Shown in pieces: positions 1-10,085 of a DNA stretch of 64,000 nucleotides. Position numbers and translations under genes: made by a program. Origin of the DNA: a virus (Duplodnaviria > Caudoviricetes); the IMG/VR virus record IMGVR_UViG_3300035208_004396. One strand, written 5' to 3'. The stretch's first letter is position 1; the number at the start of each line of letters is the position of its first letter. Under the pieces are notes generated by a model. The model worked only from the letters and a program-made list of their open reading frames with translations, ran no database searches and had not been told where the DNA came from.

Positions 1-65
1 TAATTATTAACTCGAATATTGGTATAAAATTCTAGAAATTCTTTTATTTTACGGCATTTATCCAT
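1..65 (-). CDS. Partial hypothetical protein (MDKCRKIKEFLEFYTNIRVNN..., runs off the window)
   Basis: ATG at 65 on the minus strand preceded by a GGAG RBS; open to the window edge. Confidence 0.5.
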   Translation of the reverse strand, partial: MDKCRKIKEFLEFYTNIRVNN

Positions 66-137
66 AAAAACTCCGATTTATAATTATTTATAACTATCGA
101 GTATTAATTGGTAACTGATCATCCCATAATAATTCAC

Positions 138-512
138 TCATTTAATACATTCACATTTGTTGAGTTGCTCTTCTATTTCATTTCTATCCGACAGAGATGC
201 GGAATCGGGCAGATTATCTAAAATAATATCTTTGAAATCCTTCATTGAGCCACAATTTATACTAGATTCAGCATAGTTTGAAATTTCATCTTCGAATTCA
301 CTAAATTCCTCGGATATATTATCGAGATAGCTAGACATTTCTGCGGACTCAAAATTCTTATATAAAGTGTCTAGAATTTCAAGTACATCCTTAGATGTAT
401 ATGTTTTATCTTTATTCCGTTTGATTTCTTGTATTTCATCTGAAAGCAAACGATTAAATCCCTTGATAGCATCGTTCAAATCAGCAATATCACAATGTGA
501 ATAATAACTCAT
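138..512 (-). CDS. Hypothetical acidic protein
   Basis: 124-aa ORF co-oriented with neighbours. Confidence 0.6.
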   Translation of the reverse strand: MSYYSHCDIADLNDAIKGFNRLLSDEIQEIKRNKDKTYTSKDVLEILDTLYKNFESAEMSSYLDNISEEFSEFEDEISNYAESSINCGSMKDFKDIILDNLPDSASLSDRNEIEEQLNKCECIK

Positions 513-526
513 GTTATATCTTTTAG

Positions 527-1414
527 TTAATAGTTAATTAAAATTACTTCTCGTGTAGTCGTTCCCTTTTTGCGGGCAACTTTCGCATAATCATGTTCCA
601 GGTATATGGTCTGGAACTTTCCAGTTTCAGAAAGGAGATCCAAAAGTTTACATCTGGCAAGTCCATGCACCTGTGTTCCTGAAATCATCCATTTAGAATT
701 CTGGTTGTTCATTATGAAATTGAACAGGCGTTCATCGTCAGTAGATTTCCAGAATGCATTGTACCCGGCGGATGTGTTAGAATACGGGGGATCCGCATAA
801 AAAAACATATCCGTCCTATCCTCCATGGCGTCAGGCATGCACTTTTCAAAATCGCCTGCGGATATAGTCACATTATGTATGGTTTTAAGAAGATTTCTCC
901 ATTCAATTAACTTCTTTTCTATGGATTTGTTGTACATCCGCTTTCCACAGGTCTGATTGAATAAGCCATGCTGGTTGAATCTGAGCATATTATTTGTACA
1001 TGAAAGCATAAGACCATACAGCCTATATGCCTTTTCATTTAAAAAATCATATCGATTCCGTATATATTCTGCATGACCCGTGAAATCCGCCGTCATATAG
1101 GCATTATAGTCATCGCGAAGTCGCTGATATATAGCGTAATCAGATGATGAAAATTGTTTCAGGCAATCAATGAGATTTAGAAACTCACTATCGCTTCCGG
1201 ACATAAGAATATGCTGTATCCTCTGGATATCCCCTAGGTACTCATTAGAAATGACGTGCTTGAAGCGGGATGCAGCGTTGAAAGAAACAGTTCCTGAACC
1301 ACTGAATAAATCAATCAATGTAATTTTTTCCGTGAAGTCAGGAAACCATGAAATCAACTGCGGAAGAAGTCTGTATTTGTTTCCAGTGTAGTTAAATGGT
1401 GAATTGATAAACAT
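527..1414 (-). CDS. dam: DNA adenine methyltransferase (Dam/D12 class)
   Basis: N-terminal SPFNYTGNK, motif I DLFSGSG, NNMLRFN, motif IV DPPY, C-terminal EVILINY. Confidence 0.9.
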   Translation of the reverse strand: MFINSPFNYTGNKYRLLPQLISWFPDFTEKITLIDLFSGSGTVSFNAASRFKHVISNEYLGDIQRIQHILMSGSDSEFLNLIDCLKQFSSSDYAIYQRLRDDYNAYMTADFTGHAEYIRNRYDFLNEKAYRLYGLMLSCTNNMLRFNQHGLFNQTCGKRMYNKSIEKKLIEWRNLLKTIHNVTISAGDFEKCMPDAMEDRTDMFFYADPPYSNTSAGYNAFWKSTDDERLFNFIMNNQNSKWMISGTQVHGLARCKLLDLLSETGKFQTIYLEHDYAKVARKKGTTTREVILINY

Positions 1415-1417
1415 CTG

Positions 1418-1660
1418 CTATTTTTCCTCCCTGCCGCAGCGGAAGTCCACCGCCTGCATTATATATCCCCCATGTTTCATCATGAAATCAGAAAGTACCT
1501 CAGACAGCTCCATGGCGGTCCCCAGGTCCTTATGAAGGGAAAAGACATCAATGAGAAAATTGGCCCCTGTCCGGGAATTCCAAAGTAGGGCATCCTCTGA
1601 AAATTCATTAGATTCCAATATAGCCTTGATTTTCTGATCCTCATCATTCCTCATCATCAT
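1418..1660 (-). CDS. Hypothetical protein
   Basis: 80-aa ORF with GAGG RBS and an upstream TTGAAA..TATAAT promoter-like sequence. Confidence 0.55.
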   Translation of the reverse strand: MMMRNDEDQKIKAILESNEFSEDALLWNSRTGANFLIDVFSLHKDLGTAMELSEVLSDFMMKHGGYIMQAVDFRCGREEK

Positions 1661-1708
1661 ATGCGTACCTCAGATAGATTATAAATCATTTTCTATTTTT
1701 CAATGTTA

Positions 1709-2770
1709 TTAATTAATAACCTCATCAATATGAGGAATAACCTCTCCATGACGACTAACCTTCACCGTAGAGCCTATTTCTAAGCCTAATTCTTTAATGA
1801 TGGAAAGATTCGCAACGGATGCACGAGAAACCGTTGTTCCATTGAGTTCTACAGGCTCGATAAGGCATACAGGAGTGAGATATTTACCTGAAACAGACCA
1901 TTCTATGTCTTTTACACGAGTAATAGCAACATCGAGAGCAAACTTGATAGCACATTGTGTAGTAGGGGTCTTTCGTTTGAGATCAGTGTAATCAATTCTG
2001 TCCTGTTTTACTACTACTCCATCACAGTTATAATCGATAATTTTCAATCTTTCATTATGAATCTTGGTTCTGAACTGATCTATTTCACTTATCGTATTGG
2101 TAGTAATCCAGAAAGGAACTTCAAATCCAACTCTTTCTAGCCATTCCATCTTTTCTCGTTCGGTTTCGAAGTTATCATTCATACCAAGACGATCATAAGC
2201 AATAAAACTCATATCTTCTGAACCTTTGCAATCTTGGCGCTTAGCAAGTCCTGCAGTAGCATTTCTGGCATTTTTCATAAGTTCGGAGTATTTCTTTTTG
2301 AAAATGCTTTCTTTAAGGAGAAATTCCCCCCTTATAGATCCAGTGAAACCCGGAATTTCTAAAACCATATTATTCCAGAGTTTAGCTGAATTAGTGATAT
2401 CTTCACCTTCGAAACCATCACCCCTAGAAATAGCCCGATAGATTTCACCATTTCTATATTGAATCTCGGCAGAAGCTCCATCAATCTTAGCCGAAATGTT
2501 GTAATGACCAGATTTATTCTTAAACCAATTGGCAAATTCAGTCATATCTTTGCACTTCGCCTGTGTACCTGTGATAAGAGTATGTTTATATTTAGTTCTG
2601 CCAGTGTTATCGGCCGCGGCAAGACCATTAGCTACCAATTGATTAGTTGGATCAAGAGCTTTAAGTTCAGCTATTAGAATATCATAGTCTTGATCACTAA
2701 TAGATTCAGATCCGTTGTAATAGTTTACAGCAGCTTTTTTAATCTTAGTTTCTAATTCGGTGATATTCAT
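1709..2770 (-). CDS. ligA: NAD-dependent DNA ligase, N-terminal piece (Ia, adenylation and OB domains)
   Basis: YYNG...ISDQDYD, KIDG, SRGDG.EGEDIT, RGE, NARNATAG, DGVVVK, AIKF; ends just after RHGEVIP (motif VI); no Zn/HhH/BRCT. Confidence 0.92.
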   Translation of the reverse strand: MNITELETKIKKAAVNYYNGSESISDQDYDILIAELKALDPTNQLVANGLAAADNTGRTKYKHTLITGTQAKCKDMTEFANWFKNKSGHYNISAKIDGASAEIQYRNGEIYRAISRGDGFEGEDITNSAKLWNNMVLEIPGFTGSIRGEFLLKESIFKKKYSELMKNARNATAGLAKRQDCKGSEDMSFIAYDRLGMNDNFETEREKMEWLERVGFEVPFWITTNTISEIDQFRTKIHNERLKIIDYNCDGVVVKQDRIDYTDLKRKTPTTQCAIKFALDVAITRVKDIEWSVSGKYLTPVCLIEPVELNGTTVSRASVANLSIIKELGLEIGSTVKVSRHGEVIPHIDEVIN

Positions 2771-2788
2771 GATGGATCCTTTTTATTA

Positions 2789-2817
2789 AATATAGAAAAA
2801 CATAGTTTAAATCTCAA
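2789..2817 (-). promoter_or_regulatory. Sigma70-like promoter TTGAGA-N17-TATATT upstream of ligase N-piece
   Basis: Minus strand TTGAGATTTAAACTATGTTTTTCTATATT; same boxes and spacing as 15839-15867. Confidence 0.65.
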
Positions 2818-2862
2818 TAAAAAATATAATTTGGTTTGGATATATAAAATTAGAGGAAATTT

Positions 2863-3987
2863 ATGAAGGTTTTAAGTATTAGAGTGGCAATCAGTTCAAT
2901 TATTTTATCATTATGTATTGGTCAAGTTTATGCTTGGTCTTTGTTATCGAGTCAAGTAAATCTGTTATTAGCTCATGACATGTCGTTTGCTTTTTCATTG
3001 GCGATTCTATTTTTGGGACTTTCTGCTGCTTTTATGGGCAAATATGTAGAAAAACATCCTAAAGAAACATACATTTTGAGTTCGATATTATTCGTATTAG
3101 GTTTTATAGGTTCTGCGATAGCATTAAAATATCGAAGTGTTATGTGGTTTTATTTAACTTATGGCGTAATTTTCGGTTGTTCTTGTGGTTTAGGTTATGT
3201 TGCACCTATTAAGACGTTAATGCTCTATTTTCGCCATAATAAGGCCATTGCGAGTGCTATTGCTATATTATCATTTGGTTTAGCAAAAGCTATTTGTAGC
3301 CCAGTTTATGCCTATTTAACGAGCAATTATAAAATAGATAAAGTTTTTATAATTTTAGCCATTATTTATGGCATACCTTTATTCATAGCTGGTCTATTTT
3401 TTAAGAAATTCCCAGTTGATTTCATACCTAAAAACAGTATCAAGTTCAATATCAAATCTATCTGTAACGTAAATTATATAGCAATTTGGTTATTTTTCTT
3501 CTCTAATATTGCATTAGGTCTAGCTTTAATAAGTCAAGAAGCCCAGTTATACAAACATTTCGACCTAAGTTTATCTCTAATCACTTTATTCTGTGCTCTA
3601 TCGGCCACTTTTAATGCATTAGGTAGATTTGGTTATGCTTGGATTTCCGATCATACTAATCGGTATATGCCTTATATAATACTATTTGTTTTGTCTAGCA
3701 TAATGTGTTTTTCGGATATTAGTATTGCTAGTGTTGGTATGTTTGTTACATCTATCATGATTATAAACCTGAATTACGGTGGTGGTTTTTCGAGTTTACC
3801 AAGCCTTTTAGCCGATAAATATGGGATAAATAACACCTCGACAATTCATTCTTTGACTTTGAGTGCATGGGGCATTGCCGGTTTAGCTTCATTATATCTA
3901 AAAAGATTAGATTTAACTACATTATTAATCGTATGTGGTATAATATACTTATTCAATTTAATTTTGCTTTATTTAGCCCATAAATAG
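2863..3987 (+). CDS. MFS transporter, OFA (oxalate:formate antiporter)-like family
   Basis: Many TM helices; CIGQVYAWS, GLGYVAPIKTL, FNALGRFGYAWISD, YGGGFSSLP, HSLTLSAWG motifs. Confidence 0.85.
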   Translation: MKVLSIRVAISSIILSLCIGQVYAWSLLSSQVNLLLAHDMSFAFSLAILFLGLSAAFMGKYVEKHPKETYILSSILFVLGFIGSAIALKYRSVMWFYLTYGVIFGCSCGLGYVAPIKTLMLYFRHNKAIASAIAILSFGLAKAICSPVYAYLTSNYKIDKVFIILAIIYGIPLFIAGLFFKKFPVDFIPKNSIKFNIKSICNVNYIAIWLFFFSNIALGLALISQEAQLYKHFDLSLSLITLFCALSATFNALGRFGYAWISDHTNRYMPYIILFVLSSIMCFSDISIASVGMFVTSIMIINLNYGGGFSSLPSLLADKYGINNTSTIHSLTLSAWGIAGLASLYLKRLDLTTLLIVCGIIYLFNLILLYLAHK

Positions 3988-4050
3988 CGATATAAAAAGA
4001 TTATTTGAAAATTAAAATACACTTGATATATAATTAAAAATGAGGATTTT

Positions 4051-4434
4051 ATGGATTTTCGAACATATAGAAAAGAAAGATTAGATGAGGAAATCAAAAA
4101 TGGCGAGTATTTCCCAGACGAATTGGAACGTAGTGAGTTATTGAAAGAAACCAATTCTATGACTAGTTTAATGGGTCGTTATTTTGAAAAAGGTAAGAAT
4201 GGTAAAGCTAGTTTAGTAGGTTTTGGTACTGATATTTCTGATGGCATTAACGATTTCGTTAAAAACAAGCTAGTCAGTGATGAAGATTTCCAAAATGCTG
4301 ATATTCACGCTAAATTCAATCAAGAAGTTAGAAATAAACTAGAAGAAACTCAATTAGTTAAATTGAAAGCTGAATTTGAAAGTGTTGGTAAGATAATCGA
4401 TGGTCTATTGACTCAGTATACTTTAAGCAAATAA
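4051..4434 (+). CDS. Hypothetical protein, possible internal head protein
   Basis: 127 aa; MDFRTYRKE..LDEE N-terminus; own GATATATA motif and downstream terminator. Confidence 0.55.
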   Translation: MDFRTYRKERLDEEIKNGEYFPDELERSELLKETNSMTSLMGRYFEKGKNGKASLVGFGTDISDGINDFVKNKLVSDEDFQNADIHAKFNQEVRNKLEETQLVKLKAEFESVGKIIDGLLTQYTLSK

Positions 4435-4451
4435 GCTTACCTGTTTTTAAT

Positions 4452-4479
4452 AAAAACGAGTTAAAATGCTCGTTTTTTT
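4452..4479 (+). terminator. Rho-independent terminator
   Basis: AAAAACGAG-loop-CTCGTTTTTT hairpin plus T-run. Confidence 0.7.
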
Positions 4480-4494
4480 CATTATATATAGTAT

Positions 4495-5850
4495 ATGAGT
4501 AGTTCATTACTAACTAAACTCACCTGTGGTTATCTTTATGACCAATTAGTAGTCATACAAGCAGCAATTGATGCAGTAAAAGAATTATTATTACAATCAT
4601 TAAATGTTATAAATTCGTTACTTGATGCTGAATTAATCTTAATCCGAGATGTAATAAATGTTGCTATTGATTTAATGTTAGATATAATCAAAGCATTATA
4701 TGATATAGTTAATAATGTAATACAATCTTTACTTAAAAAGGGTACAGATTTATATAGTGGTAAAGCTTTTTGTAAAGAATTATTCAAATGTTTAGCCTTC
4801 GTAAACTCTTTATTATCCGATCAATATATTCAAAGATTGTTCAATTTGACCGGTACTAAAGATATAGAACAAGAAGTTATGAAATTAGTTAATGATTTTG
4901 CCAAATTTAAAGATGCGATTTGCGGCAATTTCAACTTTTCTATTGATTTTGGTTTGGCTTATTGCAAGAAAATGACTGTTAAATTGAAAAAAATGGTCAA
5001 TTATTTTTATGATCTAATAATGCGATATAAACTAAAAATAAGAAATCAAATTGAATCTTACATGGGAACTATCGATTTTTCTGGGATTTTGGAATTAATA
5101 GTCAAATTATCCGATCTTTCTACATGTTTATTTTCTAGTGACGATGAAAATTGTACTAGCTTACAAACTGCTACTAATTATGCAGCAATGATCAAAAACA
5201 AACTCTGTCTAACTGACACTGGTACAGGGGATTTGATGTTTTATTCTCCAAAATATAACTCAGTTATGGGTCAAGTTGAAGCAACTACTAAGAAACTAGA
5301 TCGAATGGATAAAAATCTGGATAAATTGACTGATATTTTATCAGCACCATTAAATGTAGGAGCAAGCGCCAATGCTTATTCATTAAATAGATCTATCCGT
5401 CAAATCGGAACTTTTGTTAAAAATAGGGATTATAAATCATTCAAAAAACTTGACTTGGTTAATTATTTCTCGACTAATTTGGATGATTTATGCAAATTAT
5501 ATAAAAATACTTTCGATAGTAAAGATCCAGATCCAGATATTGTTTTACGATATACTAAAACTAAAGATAATAGTATAGTTATTGAAAAAGATGGAATAAC
5601 TGTTAAAGTGCCAACTACAATAACAACAGCAGATCTGATAAGTGTAAGTTCAGATACTGATACTTCTATGATAACAAATTTAGTTATCGATCCTAATTCG
5701 AAAAAAGTATTGCAAATTGCTGAATTAGCAGCTAATTTAGCTAAATATGAATTAGGTGAAAATTCTGATAAAATGTTATATGATTATGCTCATAAAGCTT
5801 ATTCGAATATGAATGACTTAATAAGTGAAGAGGATTTGTTGAAATGTTAA
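4495..5850 (+). CDS. Hypothetical helical protein, probably structural
   Basis: 451-aa ORF overlapping the start of the gp25-like gene. Confidence 0.55.
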   Translation: MSSSLLTKLTCGYLYDQLVVIQAAIDAVKELLLQSLNVINSLLDAELILIRDVINVAIDLMLDIIKALYDIVNNVIQSLLKKGTDLYSGKAFCKELFKCLAFVNSLLSDQYIQRLFNLTGTKDIEQEVMKLVNDFAKFKDAICGNFNFSIDFGLAYCKKMTVKLKKMVNYFYDLIMRYKLKIRNQIESYMGTIDFSGILELIVKLSDLSTCLFSSDDENCTSLQTATNYAAMIKNKLCLTDTGTGDLMFYSPKYNSVMGQVEATTKKLDRMDKNLDKLTDILSAPLNVGASANAYSLNRSIRQIGTFVKNRDYKSFKKLDLVNYFSTNLDDLCKLYKNTFDSKDPDPDIVLRYTKTKDNSIVIEKDGITVKVPTTITTADLISVSSDTDTSMITNLVIDPNSKKVLQIAELAANLAKYELGENSDKMLYDYAHKAYSNMNDLISEEDLLKC

Positions 5851-6248
5851 ATGTATCTGCCAATGTTGATTTTATGAATCTTGATACCAAGATTACAAAT
5901 CCATTTTATGATTTGAATTATAATATGATGGGGAATGAACTTTATGGAGTTAATTCTATAAATCAAGCAATAGATAATCTTTTATTAACAGAACCCGGTG
6001 AAAGATTATTCAATATTTCATTTTTCAGTCCATTATTCCCTCTATTTTTCAAAAAAATGGATATTGGACGCGAAGAACTAGAAGATAAAGCTTTTACTAC
6101 TATTGAAACTTGGGTAGGAAACATAAACATAATTAGATCTCAGTCTAATATACAAACCAATCCGGGGGATCATACTCTATCATTTTCCATTCATTATATT
6201 ATGAGTACAGGAGAAACAGGTAATTATGAAAGAGTTATCAAATCTTGA
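5844..6248 (+). CDS. gp25: Baseplate wedge protein, T4 gp25-like
   Basis: SINQAIDNLLLTEPGERLFN..F signature. Confidence 0.85.
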   Translation: MLNVSANVDFMNLDTKITNPFYDLNYNMMGNELYGVNSINQAIDNLLLTEPGERLFNISFFSPLFPLFFKKMDIGREELEDKAFTTIETWVGNINIIRSQSNIQTNPGDHTLSFSIHYIMSTGETGNYERVIKS

Positions 6249-6783
6249 TCATATTCAAACCTAAATTTTTACTTAGATTAGAGATTACTGTTTCATCATT
6301 TCGATCATACTTTTCAATATAAAATACAGTTTTAATTCCAGAAGCAGCTATCAATTTCATGCAATTGATACAAGGTTCGGTCGTAATCATGATAATGCAA
6401 TCTTGCAAAGAAACATTCGAATTAGTCTTATTAAGATTCAAAATGGCATTCATTTCGGCATGAATTTCATATTTCTCTGAAAATTTATGATGCAAATCAC
6501 GTATTTTATTCACTTTAATGTTTTGAATCCCCTTAAGATTTGGTTCCCATGTAGGTTCTAGTTCGTGCAGTTTATCGAAATTTACACTATTATCATCAAA
6601 GTTGAATATAGCATTACAATTAAGCATACCCGAAATTGTGCCATTATATGACGTTATTACACATCTACCCTTTTTGTTGAATATACAACAACCCACTTTC
6701 AAACGAGCACAAGTAGAACCCTCTTTCCAAACCAATGAGGTTTTCTTAAACAATTCGATATTTTTATTTGATATTTCAAACAT
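6238..6783 (-). CDS. dCMP deaminase
   Basis: STCARLKVGC, SYNG, HAEMNA, PCINC Zn motifs. Confidence 0.92.
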   Translation of the reverse strand: MFEISNKNIELFKKTSLVWKEGSTCARLKVGCCIFNKKGRCVITSYNGTISGMLNCNAIFNFDDNSVNFDKLHELEPTWEPNLKGIQNIKVNKIRDLHHKFSEKYEIHAEMNAILNLNKTNSNVSLQDCIIMITTEPCINCMKLIAASGIKTVFYIEKYDRNDETVISNLSKNLGLNMIKI

Positions 6784-6803
6784 AATGGTTAATATATAAA
6801 ATT

Positions 6804-7346
6804 ATGACTAATATCGTAGGAGAATCAACAGTAAATAATGTAAATAATTTTACAAATAACAAATTTGATATAATTATATCAAATTTCCCAAATTTTACTG
6901 GATTAACTATCGATTTAGCTGAAGTTTATGCTAACATAAAGGAATTCATGATTCCTGAGTTATCATTACAATTATTGGAGTCTTTTTATCTTCATAACCG
7001 AAGAATAAGTCCAGGTACACAAGGTACTAGAAATTTATCCAGCATAAGCATGAAAATCATAGCTGATAGTGCTCTTAAGAACTGGTATTTGTTTTATTCT
7101 TGGATTATCAATACTAGAAATGGTATAGGTGTAGATTCTAAAAATTGTACGCATGATAATTGTATAAATCAACTAATTGTTAAATTGAAAGACAATAAGA
7201 ATGTTATTAAATCTTCTTTAACATTTCATAATGTTTTTATAACTACTATTACCGATTTATCATTAGTCTATGGAAGTGCTGAAGATTATAACTTCACAAT
7301 TACTATGGAATATGAATATTTCGATTATAAACTAGAGGAAATATGA
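6804..7346 (+). CDS. Tail tube terminator/completion protein, T4 gp3-like (gp19 fold)
   Basis: NKFDIIISNFP, IPELSL, NWYLFYSWI, FHNVFIT.ITDLSL, FTITMEY pattern. Confidence 0.65.
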   Translation: MTNIVGESTVNNVNNFTNNKFDIIISNFPNFTGLTIDLAEVYANIKEFMIPELSLQLLESFYLHNRRISPGTQGTRNLSSISMKIIADSALKNWYLFYSWIINTRNGIGVDSKNCTHDNCINQLIVKLKDNKNVIKSSLTFHNVFITTITDLSLVYGSAEDYNFTITMEYEYFDYKLEEI

Positions 7347-8935
7347 GTTTTTTGAATTTTATAAACCCAATGAGTAAATTCTTCCTTAATACAAAGGAAG
7401 ATGCTAATACCGAAAGGGAAAATGCTCTTAATCTAAACCGAGTAGGTTATAATGCTACTGATATAGCTACTTATCGAAATTCGGCTAATTCGTTGTCTTG
7501 GAATTCTATGGAGAGCAACGGTATCTTATTCGATGGACTTACTGAAAATAAGAGACAAAAGGTTATTCTTTATCGAGAAATGGCTCTATACCCATTAATA
7601 AGGAAAGCTTTAAGTACAGTAGCAGATGAAACTATTACTGAAAACACAGATGGTAATTGTGTACTATTTGGAATTAAAAAGGCTTATCAAAAAGAAATTC
7701 ATGAAAGCGAATTGAAAGAATTAAAAGAACAATTCGATTATGTAGTAAACTGTGTCATTAAACAAGAAAGACTTTGGTACTACTACTATCAATGGCTAAT
7801 TGATGGAGAACAAATATGGGAAAAAGTACCCGATAGTTCAGGTAAAAAACTAGTTGGAATAAATATTTTACCATGTTATAATACAATTCCTATTTATTAC
7901 AATGGAAAACGTATCGGCTTTATGCAAGATGCTTCTTTATTTGGAAATGGTATAGATAAAGGAGCTTCTCCAAAAACATTTAACGTGAATCAAATTGCAT
8001 ATTGTAATTATGCTTTCTGTGGGGAAGCGCCAGTAAATAACATATATGGTTATCTCGAACCAGTCATTCGTCACGTAAATCAACTTAGAGCAATAGAAGA
8101 TGCACTAACAGTTTATCGTGTAACTCGTGCTCCAGAAAAGAGAATATTCAAGATATTCGTAGGAAAAACACCTCCTGCTCAGATTCCTGCTAAAATAAAG
8201 AAATTGAAAGAAGAATATCGTAAAGAGTTGAATATAGATGCTAAAACTGGTGTAATAAACACTAATAATAGGGTTCAATCTTTTACAGAAGATTTCTACT
8301 TACCAATTTTAAGTGGCGGAGAAGGTTCTTCACTAGAATCTTTCAAAGGATCGAATGAATTTAATGGCCAAATAGAAGATCTTAAAATGTTACGTCAACA
8401 AGTAGCTGATGGATTATTACTACCAGCTGGCCGTTGGGATGATACGGGTACACCTACTACATATAGTTCTGCTCCAGAACAAAACATGACCGAGATTTCA
8501 TTCCAGAGAATGTGTCGAAGAAATGGTAAAACATTTTGTAATGATCTAATTTTGAATGTGTTTATATCTCAGTTGAAACTTCAAGGTTATAATAAAAAGT
8601 ATCTGGATCCGGCAATTTATAATATCAATTTTAATAATGCTCAAGATTTCCAGCGTATACGAGAATTATCTATAGCCGAGAAAATATCCGGCATTTTAAC
8701 TTCTTATTCGTCATTCTTACCAACATTAGGTAATTCTAAGAATGATAGTGAAGATTTGAGACCGTTATTTGCTAAATCATTCTTATTCGAAAATATATTA
8801 GGCATTAGTGCTGAAGATATGATGTTTAACGAAGCCGAGATTAAGAAAGAACAAGCTAAGTTAATTAAGTCTAATGAAGAAAAAAATACAGAAGGCGGCA
8901 AATCAGATGAAAATGATGATTCCGACGTATTCTAA
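7343..8935 (+). CDS. gp20: Portal protein, T4 gp20-like
   Basis: YREMALYP, WLIDG, NQLRAIEDAL.VYRVTRAPEKRIF, EDFYLP motifs. Confidence 0.95.
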   Translation: MSFLNFINPMSKFFLNTKEDANTERENALNLNRVGYNATDIATYRNSANSLSWNSMESNGILFDGLTENKRQKVILYREMALYPLIRKALSTVADETITENTDGNCVLFGIKKAYQKEIHESELKELKEQFDYVVNCVIKQERLWYYYYQWLIDGEQIWEKVPDSSGKKLVGINILPCYNTIPIYYNGKRIGFMQDASLFGNGIDKGASPKTFNVNQIAYCNYAFCGEAPVNNIYGYLEPVIRHVNQLRAIEDALTVYRVTRAPEKRIFKIFVGKTPPAQIPAKIKKLKEEYRKELNIDAKTGVINTNNRVQSFTEDFYLPILSGGEGSSLESFKGSNEFNGQIEDLKMLRQQVADGLLLPAGRWDDTGTPTTYSSAPEQNMTEISFQRMCRRNGKTFCNDLILNVFISQLKLQGYNKKYLDPAIYNINFNNAQDFQRIRELSIAEKISGILTSYSSFLPTLGNSKNDSEDLRPLFAKSFLFENILGISAEDMMFNEAEIKKEQAKLIKSNEEKNTEGGKSDENDDSDVF

Positions 8936-10025
8936 GTTGATAGACATTATTAAACCGTTATTAAAAGATGAAAAAATAGAATTAATATCTAGACCAATTG
9001 TGCCTATCATTTATATCGAATCTATTAATGATAGAGCTGAGTTGATTAATAAAATAAAAGAATTATTAGATAAAAATGGTGTTAAAACTAGTAGAGATAC
9101 AAATGGTTCTTATTCTAAAACTGCACAATTAGCAGTTAATGGTGTGAAACGTAATGCTTTTATGATAGTGATTAAAACACCAGCTTATTTGAATGCAAAT
9201 TATAATTCAGCAATAACAGAATTAATGCCACTTATTATACTCATATTAGATAATAAACAAAAACAAAACTTGAATGATGTAGAAACATATTCACGAGCAT
9301 ATGTTTATGCCAATAATAATAAAAAGATATTATCTAGATTATATAAAGGGAAATTAGATAAAGTATGGGCCTTTTTAGCACCAGCTAATATAACAAACGA
9401 CAAAATGGAGGAAGCTTTAGCTATAGCTAGATGTTATAAAAAGAATTTCCAATATCAAGTTGAAAATTTTAAATGGACGGGATTCTTAAATATGGGAACT
9501 AACACTTCGGGTTATCGTGATAGAACTGATGTTATTTTAGGTCCCAAATTGAGAATTTCATTAAAAAGTCATGCTGTAAGTGATGATGTGTTTTTGCATA
9601 ATACTTCATTATATCAGTTTATAAACAGATTAATACCAAATTTGACCTATTTTAACTTGAATAAGTTTCAAATTTTTGAGAAATTGATAAAGAATTTGAA
9701 TACCACACCTAAATTGATTAGAAAAGCATTACATATTATAGTAGGTAATTTCAGATCTAATGCCGAAAATGGTTATAATTATATTGTTATATCGGATAAA
9801 ACTTATGCCTATGTAGCTAAAACAGACATTATTAATGTTTGGGCTAATGCTATGAATAATCCAAAGTATATTTTCGAAAATATAAAAATCGTTAACAATT
9901 CGTTAATAATTAATACTAATAAAGAGACATTTAATATCGATTATGTATTATACGAGAATAAAAATATTATACACGCCCCTTTGAAATTCAAATTGTTACT
10001 CAAGTGTTCAAATATTTTACGATAA
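8874..10025 (+). CDS. Hypothetical protein, possible PD-(D/E)XK nuclease (true start may be near 8913)
   Basis: TE..P and RTDVIL...ISLKS resemble a D..SLK catalytic pattern. Confidence 0.45.
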   Translation: MKKKIQKAANQMKMMIPTYSKLIDIIKPLLKDEKIELISRPIVPIIYIESINDRAELINKIKELLDKNGVKTSRDTNGSYSKTAQLAVNGVKRNAFMIVIKTPAYLNANYNSAITELMPLIILILDNKQKQNLNDVETYSRAYVYANNNKKILSRLYKGKLDKVWAFLAPANITNDKMEEALAIARCYKKNFQYQVENFKWTGFLNMGTNTSGYRDRTDVILGPKLRISLKSHAVSDDVFLHNTSLYQFINRLIPNLTYFNLNKFQIFEKLIKNLNTTPKLIRKALHIIVGNFRSNAENGYNYIVISDKTYAYVAKTDIINVWANAMNNPKYIFENIKIVNNSLIINTNKETFNIDYVLYENKNIIHAPLKFKLLLKCSNILR

Positions 10026-10085
10026 CATGACACTAAATGGAAGTATTTTTATCATTCAAATATATATTTTAAAAGGGATTTAATT

